Shown one piece after another: positions 19,220-29,955 of a stretch of 64,000 nucleotides of DNA; within the stretch, counting starts at the first letter, position 1; each line of letters begins with the position of its first letter. The position numbers were made by a program, and so were the translations under genes. Origin of the DNA: a virus. Taxonomy: Duplodnaviria; Caudoviricetes. The DNA lies in the IMG/VR virus record IMGVR_UViG_2873737359_000001, positions 96,001 to 160,000 of that record; one strand, written 5' to 3'. The notes beneath the pieces are model-generated. The model was not told the origin of the DNA. It worked only from the letters and a program-made list of their open reading frames with translations, and searched no databases.

Positions 19220-20806
19220 GTGCTGAATTTGGCCCAACGAAAGAAAAATAATGTCAATACTACAAAGGTGCCGACAGCAAAAGCTATTGAGCCAGCACCT
19301 ACTTCTCAAAGTACTGCTTCTGAATTAAGAAATTGGTATCAGAAAAATAAAAAAAGTATTGAAAACTATGCTCAAGCAATGGAAGGGGCAAAATCTCTCC
19401 GAGATATTACTAAGACAAGTACTAAGACAGTAACTGCATTTAACAAAGATAGTCTTAGGTCTTATCTACAGAATATTGGTAGTAACGAAAAAAATCTCAG
19501 AAGCTTATCTAGGTATCTTTATTATAGATGCCATCCTTATTATAGATTGATAGCATATAATGCGAATATGTTTTGTCTCGATGCACGATCTGTAATTCCT
19601 GAATATGATTTAGTAGCTGGCGGTGATGCAAACGCGATGCTCTCTTCTTATCAGGATACATTAAATGTATTAGATAAATTGAACCTTCAATATGAATTTT
19701 TAAAAATTTATATGATCTGTTTTAGAGAAGACGTATTTTATGGATGTGCTTATTATGACGAAACGGGCATGTTCATTCTTCCACTTGATCCAGATTATTG
19801 TAAAATCTCCGGTATTTATAGTACTGGGGATTTTTCTTTTGCAATGGATATGTCTTATTTTAGATCTAGGCAGACAATACTAGAATTATGGGGCGAACCA
19901 TTCCAGTCTATGTATAGAGCATATGAAAATGATACAACCAACGGTAAGTGGCAGCCTATGCCGGATGAATATGCCGTATGTCTTAAAACTCGTGCCGAGG
20001 ATTGGGAAACTGTAGTTCCACCGTTTTCTGGACTTTTGTCTGGAATTATCAATCTTATTGATCTGGATGATATTCAGGCCATTGCAGATAAACAAGACAT
20101 TTATAAAATGATATGGCTTGAATTAGAAACTATAACCGGAAGTGATTCTGTAGATGATTGGAAAATTACTCCAGATATTGTTATTGAGTATTTTAACCGG
20201 ATGATCAATGAAGCTCTTCCCGATTATACTTCTGCCGCTATCATCCCGGGAAAGCTTGATCAGGTTACATTTAATAATGATAGAGCTACGGATACAAATA
20301 AAATAGCCAAGTCTACAGAAACATTTTTTAACAGTTCTGGAGGCGCACAGATATTGAATAGTGCGTCAATCAGCGGAACAACCGCTTTCTCAGCTGCTGT
20401 TCAAGCAGATACAGAAATGGCTATTTCGATGCTTCTTCCTCAAACACAAGGATGGGTCAATAGATTCTTGTCTTATTGGGTATCTAATCCTTCTAAAGTG
20501 AAGTTTTTTGAGGTAAGTGCATATACAAAAGAAGAATTTAAGAAAACATTATTGGAAGCAGCAACCAGTGGACTTCCTACCAAACTTGCTTATAATACTT
20601 TAAATCAATTCTCTGAGAAAGACACTTTGGCTCTTAATTACTTAGAAGAACAAATTCTTGGTATAACCAAACTATTTGTTCCGCTTCAGACATCATATAC
20701 TCAATCAGGATCTTCGGATACAGGTGGAGCACCTACTAAAGATGATTCAGAGATTACAGATGATGGCGATGCTAGTAGAGATAAAACAGACAAGGCCAAT
20801 GGCTAA
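19220..20806 (+). CDS. Portal protein
   Basis: 528 aa directly after terL; C-terminal PLQTSYTQSG...GGAP. Confidence 0.8.
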   Translation: MLNLAQRKKNNVNTTKVPTAKAIEPAPTSQSTASELRNWYQKNKKSIENYAQAMEGAKSLRDITKTSTKTVTAFNKDSLRSYLQNIGSNEKNLRSLSRYLYYRCHPYYRLIAYNANMFCLDARSVIPEYDLVAGGDANAMLSSYQDTLNVLDKLNLQYEFLKIYMICFREDVFYGCAYYDETGMFILPLDPDYCKISGIYSTGDFSFAMDMSYFRSRQTILELWGEPFQSMYRAYENDTTNGKWQPMPDEYAVCLKTRAEDWETVVPPFSGLLSGIINLIDLDDIQAIADKQDIYKMIWLELETITGSDSVDDWKITPDIVIEYFNRMINEALPDYTSAAIIPGKLDQVTFNNDRATDTNKIAKSTETFFNSSGGAQILNSASISGTTAFSAAVQADTEMAISMLLPQTQGWVNRFLSYWVSNPSKVKFFEVSAYTKEEFKKTLLEAATSGLPTKLAYNTLNQFSEKDTLALNYLEEQILGITKLFVPLQTSYTQSGSSDTGGAPTKDDSEITDDGDASRDKTDKANG

Positions 20807-20809
20807 TAG

Positions 20810-20998
20810 GTGAACATTATGATTGATAACAATTCAAAATTTATAATTACAACAAATGAAGAGTCCGCTGCACTTTTAATTAAGACTGGTTTTAAATTAA
20901 TGAATCAGCAAGGGAAGCAGTGGATTTTTATGAATGATAATAAAATGCTTTTTAATAATTTGAGTGATCTCGTTTATACAGATAAGCTATTTATTTAA
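20810..20998 (+). CDS. Hypothetical protein
   Basis: 62-aa operonic ORF. Confidence 0.55.
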   Translation: MNIMIDNNSKFIITTNEESAALLIKTGFKLMNQQGKQWIFMNDNKMLFNNLSDLVYTDKLFI

Positions 20999-21043
20999 AC
21001 AGCTCCTCTTCTATTGAGGGGACTCTCAAGGAAAGGAGGAACA

Positions 21044-22627
21044 ATGGCAAAAATACATAAAATTTTGACATTAGATCAGTTAATAAAATTCTGTGAAGAT
21101 AATAAATTCTATAATTTCAATTCTAAAGATTCTGGGTATACTCTTTCAGTTCAAATTCCTGGACAACTTTCATTCGATTCAGATTCAACACAAGGACTTT
21201 TATTTACAAAAGTGAAAACTTGCCACACATTACTTAACAGAAACGGTAGTTATGTTTCTGAGGATAATATGAAAAATGCAATGCCGTCATTAAAATATCG
21301 TCCACTTTTAGGTTATATTCATCAGCTTGATTCTGGGGAATATGACTTTCATACACATGACATTGAAGTAGAGCAAGACGAAGATGGTAATGATTATTTG
21401 GTGTATGCGGAGAAGCAGATTGGTACTTTTACAGCTGACGAACCATATCTCGAATATGATAAAGACATGGATAAAACATATGTTATTGCTACCGCCGCTA
21501 TACCGGAAGATTATACAATGGCTGCAGATATTATTCGTAGAAAAAATGGTACAAAAGTAAGCTGCGAGCTATGTATTAACTCAATGTCTTATAATGCGAA
21601 AGAAAAGTATCTTGAATTAGAAGATTTTTACTTTTCAGGCGTTACTTGTTTAGGATCTGAAAAAGACGGAACTGAAATTGGAGAAGGTATGCTTGGCAGC
21701 AGACTTGATATTCAGGATTTTAGCACAGAAAACAATTCAATTTGTGCTAAATATGAACAATTAAATGAAGATAAATTGATTGAAACATTAGAGAAATTAA
21801 ACACTACCATCTCTAATTTCAATATAAATAATGCTGATGGAAAGGAGGATAATCAGGTGAATAAATTTGAGGAACTTTTAAAGAAATATAACAAAACAGT
21901 TAATGATATTACTTTTACATATGAAGGACTTTCAGATGAGGATCTGGAATCAGCTTTTGCAGAAGCATTTGAAGAAAGTGATCCAGAGCCAGATGGTAAT
22001 ACCGAACCAGATCTTGAAGTTTTTGTAAAATCTTTTGAACTTTCACATAGCGATATTCGTTATGCTCTTTATAATCTTTTAGGAGCGTATGAAGAAGCAG
22101 ACAATGAATGGTATTACATTAATTCTGTTTATGATACACATTTTACATATGAGAATTGGGACGGAGATAAAATCTACGGTCAGAATTATACAAAAGATGG
22201 TGATAATGTATCATTTGATGGAGAAAGATATAACCTACATCGTGAACTTTTAACTGATTCAGAGTATTCCGAACTGCAGAATATGCGTTCTAATTATGCT
22301 GCTATTTATGAAAAACTGCAGAAATATGAGAAGGCTGAAGAAGATGCGAATAAGGATGCTTTATTTGTTTCTGATGAGTATAAGGCTATCAATGATGCAA
22401 AAGAATTTGCAGAATTAAAAGAAAATCATTCAGAGTTTTCAGTAGAACAGGTAAAAGAAAAACTTGATTCAATTTTATTATCTTATGCCAAATCTGGCAA
22501 ATTAAATTTCTCAACAATTGAAGAAAAAGAACCAGAAAAGAAAACAGTTGGAAAACACAATCTTGGATCTCCGGCTGCAACTAAAAAGAGAAATAAATAT
22601 GGTTCGCTATTTTCAAGTAAAAATTAA
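21044..22627 (+). CDS. Prohead protease-scaffold fusion
   Basis: SD AAAGGAGG; N-terminal HTLLNRNGS...VSCEL...GVTCLG; acidic coiled-coil C-terminus; lies between portal and capsid genes. Confidence 0.75.
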   Translation: MAKIHKILTLDQLIKFCEDNKFYNFNSKDSGYTLSVQIPGQLSFDSDSTQGLLFTKVKTCHTLLNRNGSYVSEDNMKNAMPSLKYRPLLGYIHQLDSGEYDFHTHDIEVEQDEDGNDYLVYAEKQIGTFTADEPYLEYDKDMDKTYVIATAAIPEDYTMAADIIRRKNGTKVSCELCINSMSYNAKEKYLELEDFYFSGVTCLGSEKDGTEIGEGMLGSRLDIQDFSTENNSICAKYEQLNEDKLIETLEKLNTTISNFNINNADGKEDNQVNKFEELLKKYNKTVNDITFTYEGLSDEDLESAFAEAFEESDPEPDGNTEPDLEVFVKSFELSHSDIRYALYNLLGAYEEADNEWYYINSVYDTHFTYENWDGDKIYGQNYTKDGDNVSFDGERYNLHRELLTDSEYSELQNMRSNYAAIYEKLQKYEKAEEDANKDALFVSDEYKAINDAKEFAELKENHSEFSVEQVKEKLDSILLSYAKSGKLNFSTIEEKEPEKKTVGKHNLGSPAATKKRNKYGSLFSSKN

Positions 22628-22651
22628 TTAAATAAGTACAAAGACAAAATG

Positions 22652-22672
22652 GAGCTGGTAACAGCTCTTTTT
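22652..22672 (+). terminator. Intrinsic terminator
   Basis: GAGCTG-GTAA-CAGCTC-TTTTT. Confidence 0.65.
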
Positions 22673-22706
22673 ATTATCCAAAAATATATGAAAGGAGCTT
22701 AATAAA

Positions 22707-23171
22707 ATGGCAATTCGTTATAATATCGAAACTCATGCTGTAGCATTCCCATCTAAGCTTTTAGCTCAGAATGGCGGAAAGCACATTTATAATATCGAGC
22801 TTACTACAGATACAGATAACGGTAATCTTGTAGCTCGTGGCGAATTCGAAGATCTTGATCTTTATAAAGAAGCCGCTGTAACAAAATTTGAAGGAAAGGT
22901 TCAGAAACAGGCTACTAACGGACATTGGTATGTCGAGGTAGTAGATCCGGGCGACGCTCTGTTTGTTTATATGCAGGCATTTATTGCTGAGGATTGGACA
23001 AATAAGTGGAAGAAAGAATCTAATTTCTTCAATGCAAAAGGTGACGTAGTTCGTGGATATGAGCTTGCTGTTGGTGATGTTTTTGAGGTATCCGAAGAGG
23101 GATTCGATGGAGATATTACCAAAGGTGCAAAAGTTGTTTGTGAAAATAAGAAATTAAAGATTAGTGCGTAA
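22707..23171 (+). CDS. Capsid decoration / head protein
   Basis: 154 aa directly upstream of the MCP; DNG motif. Confidence 0.6.
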   Translation: MAIRYNIETHAVAFPSKLLAQNGGKHIYNIELTTDTDNGNLVARGEFEDLDLYKEAAVTKFEGKVQKQATNGHWYVEVVDPGDALFVYMQAFIAEDWTNKWKKESNFFNAKGDVVRGYELAVGDVFEVSEEGFDGDITKGAKVVCENKKLKISA

Positions 23172-23195
23172 TTAGGAAAGGAGGGAAAATATACG

Positions 23196-24332
23196 ATGAG
23201 AAAAATGTTATTTAGTGATTTAAGTATGCATGTACAGACTGTATTTGCAAATCTATGTGAAGACGGTGTAACACCGGAGGAAAATTATGAAGGATTCAAG
23301 AAACTTACATATGATCTGAATCATAATCCAAATGAGATTTATGACGAAGAAGGAAATAAGATTTCTAAGAAAGAAGCTGATGATGCAGTTCGTAAATTCG
23401 TATTTGCGATTATGGGATTGAATGAGCATTCAACAAAACGTGATAGAAAACGTGCTATGGATAGACATGGCATTGAGCTGTTTGAAGTTATGGAAGAAGA
23501 AATCGATATTAAAGTTGAAACAGGCTTTAGAGAGTCTGAATTCTTTAATAACTATGTTGAGCAGCGAAATCTTTCTCGTGGAGATTCACAGGAATTCTGG
23601 ACAAACGAAAAAGTCATTCTTTCTGTTACTAAAATCTCTGGCGATCATCATGACTTTACACTCCAGAGACTGGGTTCTGGAGAATCTTATACAGTAACAA
23701 CATCTGTATATGGTATCGCTGTTGGTGCTGATATTGACTTATATCTTGCAGGAAGATATGACTGGGCTAAACTGACTGATCAGTGTGCTGCTGCTTTTGT
23801 AAGAAAAGTTCAGAATGACATCTATGCTGAAATGATGAATGCAGGAAAGAAACTTCCGGCTCAGTTCCAGGGAACAGGTGCTCTTTCTACTACTACAAAG
23901 GACAAACTTGATACTCTTCTTGAGGATGTATCTCTCGCAAACGATGGTGCTCAGGTAGTAATCATGGGAACAAGAACTGGACTTCAGCAGTTCCAGAAGC
24001 TAATGGATGTTGATTGGATCACAGACGATCAGAAGCGTGACGTTGCTACAATGGGACGCCTTGGTTATTATGGTCCGTATACTCTTGTAGAGCTGCCACA
24101 GAGATTCGCTCTCAATGATACTACAAAGAAACTGTTAGATCCGAAGACTCTGTTCATTATGCCGCAGGTTGAAGATAAATTCATCAAATTTGTTGATGTA
24201 GGCGAAACTGAAATTTATGAGGTAAATGAGAAAGGTGCTCGTATGGATGACACAATGAAGTACGAAGTACAGAGAGCTATGGGTGTTGGCGTACAGATCG
24301 GACGTTATTTTGGCGTTTGGACCTTAGCATAG
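23196..24332 (+). CDS. Major capsid protein
   Basis: 378 aa, strong SD, high-expression codon style, head-module position. Confidence 0.8.
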   Translation: MRKMLFSDLSMHVQTVFANLCEDGVTPEENYEGFKKLTYDLNHNPNEIYDEEGNKISKKEADDAVRKFVFAIMGLNEHSTKRDRKRAMDRHGIELFEVMEEEIDIKVETGFRESEFFNNYVEQRNLSRGDSQEFWTNEKVILSVTKISGDHHDFTLQRLGSGESYTVTTSVYGIAVGADIDLYLAGRYDWAKLTDQCAAAFVRKVQNDIYAEMMNAGKKLPAQFQGTGALSTTTKDKLDTLLEDVSLANDGAQVVIMGTRTGLQQFQKLMDVDWITDDQKRDVATMGRLGYYGPYTLVELPQRFALNDTTKKLLDPKTLFIMPQVEDKFIKFVDVGETEIYEVNEKGARMDDTMKYEVQRAMGVGVQIGRYFGVWTLA

Positions 24333-24439
24333 TCATAAAATATATATTTTTTTAACGTTTTTTGTATACAGTATATTGTATGTTCTTGCATATCTTTTTA
24401 GATGTGCAAGAACTTTTTGAATAAAAGGAGAATTTAATA

Positions 24440-25018
24440 ATGGCAACAGCAACAAAAAATAGCAAAGCAACTACTTCTGCTACTGCGGCTAGTTCGGCAG
24501 AAAATACTGCTGAGGTTAAGGCAGAAATAAAAACAGAAGTAAAGAAAGAAAAAAGAAAATATGAACAGTCCGAGGGAATTCTCTGCAAGTCTATTACTTC
24601 TGGAGGACTTTATATGCCAGGATTGAAATCCAATATTTTATACACCTGGATCGACAGTGGTGATCAGATCGAAGTTGAATATCAGGATCTTCTTGCTGCA
24701 ATCCGTTCAAACAATAGTTATGTTATGAGACCGTTCTTTGTTATTGAAGATGAAGAGTTCGTATCACAGTTTCCACAGCTTAAGAAGCTTTATGACAAGC
24801 TTTATTCCGTTGGAGAACTTAAAGATGTTATTACTGATTTAAGTCCGGCAGATATGAAGGCTACTATTCTGTCACTTCCACAGGGAGCACAGGATTCTAT
24901 TAAGCATATTGCATCTAAGATGGTTTCTGATGGGACTCTTGATAGCGTCAGAAAAATTAAAATTCTTGATGAAATCTTCGATACAGAAATGAGTGTAATG
25001 ACAGGACTATTTGATTAA
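24440..25018 (+). CDS. Virion-module hypothetical protein
   Basis: Follows the MCP; LDSVRKIKILDE motif. Confidence 0.65.
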   Translation: MATATKNSKATTSATAASSAENTAEVKAEIKTEVKKEKRKYEQSEGILCKSITSGGLYMPGLKSNILYTWIDSGDQIEVEYQDLLAAIRSNNSYVMRPFFVIEDEEFVSQFPQLKKLYDKLYSVGELKDVITDLSPADMKATILSLPQGAQDSIKHIASKMVSDGTLDSVRKIKILDEIFDTEMSVMTGLFD

Positions 25019-25035
25019 TAGTTAGGAGGTATCAT

Positions 25036-25500
25036 ATGCCTTCAATTAATTACGAAGAAATATATTCTAAATTTCGTCTTAAAGCCGATGCATATGATTT
25101 ACTTGATCTTCGCGAAGATGATGTAAATATGTTTATGTGCGAATGGCTTCATTCTTCTATCCAAAAACCTTATATTTATAGATTGTTTAACCAAGTTGAA
25201 TTTCACGATGATATTCAAAAGCTAGAGTATTCAATGAAATATGTTGTTGAGAAATATTTTGATCAAGGATTTGTCTCAGATATTTTAGGCATCGGTATGG
25301 TTATTGAATGGATTACTCCCAAAATCGTTAATTTGAATAACATTGTGCAAGTATACGCCTCTTCTGATGAAAAATTTTACAGTCAGACGAACCATTTAAA
25401 TGGGCTTAAAGATCTAAGAGCATCTTTAGTGAAAGAGCAACAAGATATAATTAAGCAGCGTGGCTATATTTGGAATTCGTATTTGGAAAGTAATAGTTAA
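25036..25500 (+). CDS. Head-tail adaptor-like protein
   Basis: Helical 154 aa; position; FYSQTNHLNGL. Confidence 0.55.
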   Translation: MPSINYEEIYSKFRLKADAYDLLDLREDDVNMFMCEWLHSSIQKPYIYRLFNQVEFHDDIQKLEYSMKYVVEKYFDQGFVSDILGIGMVIEWITPKIVNLNNIVQVYASSDEKFYSQTNHLNGLKDLRASLVKEQQDIIKQRGYIWNSYLESNS

Positions 25501-25833
25501 ATGAAAACTATTTATGGTCATTTTGATGACAAACAATTTGAGAATTATAAGGTAAGGTTACATAAAGAATTATTTTGGTTACTTTTATATAAAGATCCGA
25601 AAACAAAAGACGAATTTAATAACATTGATTTCGAAAAATATTTTATTAATTTGATGAAACGGATTGACGGATTAAATACACTTCTCTCCTATCCTGTTGA
25701 AATTATATCTATAATGTCAACTCTTCAGGCTGCTTTAAATGAAACACGAGAAGAAAATTTTGATTATCAATCTTACAGAAAATTAGTATTAGATGCACAT
25801 TCGTTAGTAGATAAAATTAATGATAGGAGTTGA
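25501..25833 (+). CDS. Hypothetical protein
   Basis: 110-aa operonic ORF. Confidence 0.65.
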   Translation: MKTIYGHFDDKQFENYKVRLHKELFWLLLYKDPKTKDEFNNIDFEKYFINLMKRIDGLNTLLSYPVEIISIMSTLQAALNETREENFDYQSYRKLVLDAHSLVDKINDRS

Positions 25834-25838
25834 TTTTA

Positions 25839-28567
25839 ATGATTACTGCCGACATGTACAGATCGCATCTTAATTCATATGGCAGTAATTTAGCACAGGT
25901 TAAACAAAGCCAATCTAATATGGTTGTAAATAGTGCCTTTACTGCGGATGCACAATATAAAAGAGTTTATATATTAACAAAAGATGGATGGAAATTCGAG
26001 GATGCAAAGTTTCAAAAGCACGCGAAATATTCTATTCTTAAAGATGCCGTTGATTATTACGTTCAGTTTCGCCCAAAAGTACATTACTCTGTTGGTAGTT
26101 ATCTTTTTATTCCGGACGATACTGCTCACGAAATTAATATTCACGGTAAAGACTTAGAACATCCATTATCGCTTCCAGAAGATCAAATCACTCAATTGTG
26201 GTTTATAGTCGGTCGTGATTATGATCCATCTTTTGTTAGATATAATGTTTTGCAATGCAATTGGAAATTTAAATGGATATACAACAATAAGTTATATACA
26301 TGCTGGGGTGCGAATAGATCGGCCAACAGCTACACAAGCGGTAAATGGACAGATTTTGTATGGATTTTCTGTACATACATGGTCCGCTGTAAAGGGAAAC
26401 CTTGACAGCGCATTCTTTCGGATATGCTGGAATTAGGCTGTACACATAGCCGTCCTAAAGCTTACTAAACTACAACATAATGATGGAATATGCATAAGTG
26501 TGAATGTCGCGAAAGCAGAAAAAATTAGTAAGATGGTATAAGCTGAAACAAAAGCTTTTATATAATAAAAGTGCTAAGTACTACTACAATGGGAAATCAG
26601 CAGGGAATAGTTTAACTAGGCTTGCCCTCATCGACTATCGGTTGAAATACCGTTAGGGAGAAGTCTCCCGAAGTGAAAGACTCCTAAGTGCTTAATTGCA
26701 TATGGTGAATGATATAGTCAGTGCTTACATGAAAGTGTAAGAAAAGTTGTTTATAAATTAATATTGAATATTAAGACCAGACAGCGGGTAGCTCCTGTTT
26801 TGTTATACCTCCTATATAACAATTATGGTCTTTTTATTATACATAAATTTAGGAGGAATTTTTATGTCAAAATTATCAGTACAAAAAATATTTGAAAAGC
26901 ACGGAGACGAAATTATTAATCTTCGGAAAAATGGTATGCAGATGCAAGAAATTGGTGAAAAATTTAATTTGAAAACTCAAACTGTGAGCAGCTTTTTGCG
27001 AAGAAATAATATAAGAGTTCGCGGATTAAGGAATGAAGAAACAGAAAATAAGATAGTTCAATTATATAATGATGGAGTGTCTATGAGAGAAATTGCTTCA
27101 AATTTTCATTTTACACAAGGAACCGTCAGAGATATACTTGTTAATCATGATGTGCATATCAAAACTAATTCTGAATCACATAGGATATATGATATAAACG
27201 AAAATTATTTTAATCAAATAGATACGCCTAAAAAAGCTTATATTTTAGGATTACTATATGCAGACGGTAATAGAAGTAGCAGATCTAACACAATTTCAAT
27301 TCGTCTTCAAGAAAGTGATAAAAACATTTTAGAAAATATTAAAAAAGAATTGAATGCAGAAGTGCCATTACGATTTATTGATTATTCTAATGATTCTAAA
27401 AGACAAAACCAGTTTCTACTAGCAATAAGTAATGAACAAATTGCAAAAGATTTATATAAATACGGCATTGTTCCAAGGAAAGAATTTAAATTAACCTTTC
27501 CTAATTGGTTAGATAATAATCTCCTATCTCACTTTATAAGAGGATATTTAGACGGTGATGGTTTTATTTCAAATAACCCGAAAGAAAAACGAGCCAATAT
27601 TACCGGAACCGAAAATTTGTTACTTGGAATTAAAAATATTTTAGAAGAACAATTAAATATACATTTTAGTATATATTCACCTCATAATAAAGATACTAAT
27701 ACTAGAACGTTAGCTGTAGCTGGAGGGAATCAAGTTAAAAAATTTTTGGACTACCTTTATAAAGATGCTGATTTATATATAGAAAGAAAATACGACAGAT
27801 ATTATAATATGTACTGTGCTTAATATAAACAATCCTTATTTAAAGTAACGAATTAAATAAGTAACATTCAGGAATATTCATCTGCGCTTGACAATTTGAC
27901 ATCAGCGTGGATGCCAGACATTTATTATGCTTATGGTAATAACTTATACGAACTTGGATTAGATGATAATAGAACTGTGATGCATGAACAACGTTTCATG
28001 CTCTCAAATAATATTCTTGATCCTAAAGTATATCAGGTTACGAAAGTAACAGATCTTAATCCTTCTGGAGTAATAAAATACTCTATTAAGCAGGATGAAT
28101 TGGATAATAAACGGGATAATGTAGAATTACAAATATGTGATTATTATACGGACTCCGGTGATCAAAAAACTGAGACTATACAAAAGCCTCAAATGATGAT
28201 TACGGAATCTCAAATCAGGTGGTTAACTCTTAATGATGATGGAGAATTAGAACCTATCTATGATAAATCTAAGCAATGTCTATATCTAGGAAAGAATTCT
28301 TATTTCGAATACAAACTCCCATATCAAGACTTAAAATCCGAATGGAATCTAAGTGTATATGATAGAAAAAACGAATTATCTGACGAAGACAAATCTTATT
28401 ATGAAGGATTAATGAAAATAACAGTTATGGATAATGTAACTATTTCAATTAAGCCGGGAAAGGCTAATAGTCTTATTGGTAAAAGATTTATTCTTTCAGC
28501 GACAGATAATAATGGCGATAACCACTCTTCTATCGTACTGGAGGTGGAAAAATGGTCAGAGACATAA
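25839..28567 (+). CDS. Neck / head-closure-like protein, spliced (exons approx. 25839-26354 and 27872-28567, about 403 aa)
   Basis: Removing the intron gives in-frame ...SYTSGKWTD|EYSSALDNLTSAWMP... Confidence 0.7.
26355..27871 (+). mobile_element. Group I intron (IA-type) with homing endonuclease
   Basis: P ATGCTGGAA 26424, Q AATCAGCAGG 26595, R TCATCGACTA 26628, S GATATAGTC 26711, P3 TCTTTC/GAAAGA, two extra helices between P7 and P3', P9 GAAA loop, terminal G; 5' boundary inferred from reading frame. Confidence 0.9.
26864..27823 (+). CDS. LAGLIDADG homing endonuclease with N-terminal HTH-like repeats
   Basis: AYILGLLYADG and HFIRGYLDGDG; SD AGGAGG before ATG 26864. Confidence 0.9.
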   Translation: MSKLSVQKIFEKHGDEIINLRKNGMQMQEIGEKFNLKTQTVSSFLRRNNIRVRGLRNEETENKIVQLYNDGVSMREIASNFHFTQGTVRDILVNHDVHIKTNSESHRIYDINENYFNQIDTPKKAYILGLLYADGNRSSRSNTISIRLQESDKNILENIKKELNAEVPLRFIDYSNDSKRQNQFLLAISNEQIAKDLYKYGIVPRKEFKLTFPNWLDNNLLSHFIRGYLDGDGFISNNPKEKRANITGTENLLLGIKNILEEQLNIHFSIYSPHNKDTNTRTLAVAGGNQVKKFLDYLYKDADLYIERKYDRYYNMYCA

Positions 28568-29157
28568 AAAATATAGATAGGAATCTTGAGGATAAAAAGA
28601 ACAATGATATTATTCTGAAAAAACATTTATTACTGAAAATGTTTAACGAGGACCCAGATCTAAATGAAATTTTAGGCAAAAAAGATAAGCGTCCTTTAAA
28701 TAAATATGAGGATAAAGATCATCCAACAAATACAGAAATCGAAGAACGCCACTTAATTGTTGAATATAACAAAAGAGTTGATAAAAAACAAATTATTCCA
28801 TTCTTAAAACTAAATGGCATTAACAAAGAAGTATTAAATTTTATTATGTTTGATATTGATGACGATTCTGTATCTTATTCAAATGAAGTAATTAAGTCAC
28901 AGATACTCAGTGTTATGTGCTTAGTTCATGAAGATGATATGGAAACCGAATACGGAATAATGCGTACAGATCTCTTAAGTTATATAGTTAAAGACTTATT
29001 ATGTTGGACTAATGTTCTTGGATGTCATTTAAAATGTAAGGCCGATTACTGTGATATTGTTGATTCACGATATTATTGTAGAACTATAAAGTTTTTAATT
29101 GAATGTCCAAACAATCTTTATCAGGGAATGAATAATAGATATGACCGATTCAAATGA
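28552..29157 (+). CDS. Tail completion / terminator-like protein
   Basis: Position in neck module; RTDLLSYIV. Confidence 0.55.
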   Translation: MVRDIKNIDRNLEDKKNNDIILKKHLLLKMFNEDPDLNEILGKKDKRPLNKYEDKDHPTNTEIEERHLIVEYNKRVDKKQIIPFLKLNGINKEVLNFIMFDIDDDSVSYSNEVIKSQILSVMCLVHEDDMETEYGIMRTDLLSYIVKDLLCWTNVLGCHLKCKADYCDIVDSRYYCRTIKFLIECPNNLYQGMNNRYDRFK

Positions 29158-29914
29158 CAAATTGGAAATAGACACTCTCCAATTATATTTTGGAGAACCT
29201 TTTATTATTCATGATGATATTTTTAATGACATTCAAATACTTCAGCCTACAATTGGTGACATTATAAAAGAAGGCGAAAAAAAAGTATATTCTGCTGTTA
29301 ATATCTTTGTTACTAATACTACATCTTATAGAGTTCAATTATGGGACTTAGGAATCGACTGGAATAAGTTATCTGATTTTAGTTTGTTCTGTATGTTAGC
29401 TCCTACTCTGTCTAAAGATTCTACAAAATTATTATTCAATGATTTAGATTTCCAAAAATTTCAATTACTACAAACTACAGACGATGAGCCTGTAGTTTAT
29501 TTATTTAATGAAGAAAGTAATGTTCTAATCGATGAAAAGAAATACATTACTATCTCTTCTTATATTCAATCTATGTTCAATATTCATCCAAAAGTAGAGA
29601 AAGCAAAAGGCAAATCTACAAAAGAATGGATAATATTCGAGGATCGTCAAAATCAAGATCTCCATAAAAACGATTCTTATCAATCTACACTTCTTCCGCT
29701 CATCTCTGCTTGTCTTAATCATCCCGGATTTAAATACAAGAAAAATGAATTACGTGAAGTTGGAATAGTTGAATTCATGGACAGTGTTCAAAGACTTCAA
29801 ATTTATGAATCTTCTACTGCTCTCATGAAAGGAATGTATTCTGGATTTCTTGATACTTCAAAAATTAATAAGGAAGAACTCAATTTTATGAGAGATATCT
29901 CGATTAAAAATTGA
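29141..29914 (+). CDS. Conserved tail-module hypothetical protein
   Basis: 257 aa, operonic. Confidence 0.65.
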   Translation: MTDSNDKLEIDTLQLYFGEPFIIHDDIFNDIQILQPTIGDIIKEGEKKVYSAVNIFVTNTTSYRVQLWDLGIDWNKLSDFSLFCMLAPTLSKDSTKLLFNDLDFQKFQLLQTTDDEPVVYLFNEESNVLIDEKKYITISSYIQSMFNIHPKVEKAKGKSTKEWIIFEDRQNQDLHKNDSYQSTLLPLISACLNHPGFKYKKNELREVGIVEFMDSVQRLQIYESSTALMKGMYSGFLDTSKINKEELNFMRDISIKN

Positions 29915-29955
29915 TTTCACATAAAAAAAATAATTAAATAAAGGAGGAAATAATA

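Noticed and set aside
26355-26405. C-terminal tail of ORF 25830-26405 and TTG start at 27896
   Set aside because: Artefacts of reading into or out of the intron
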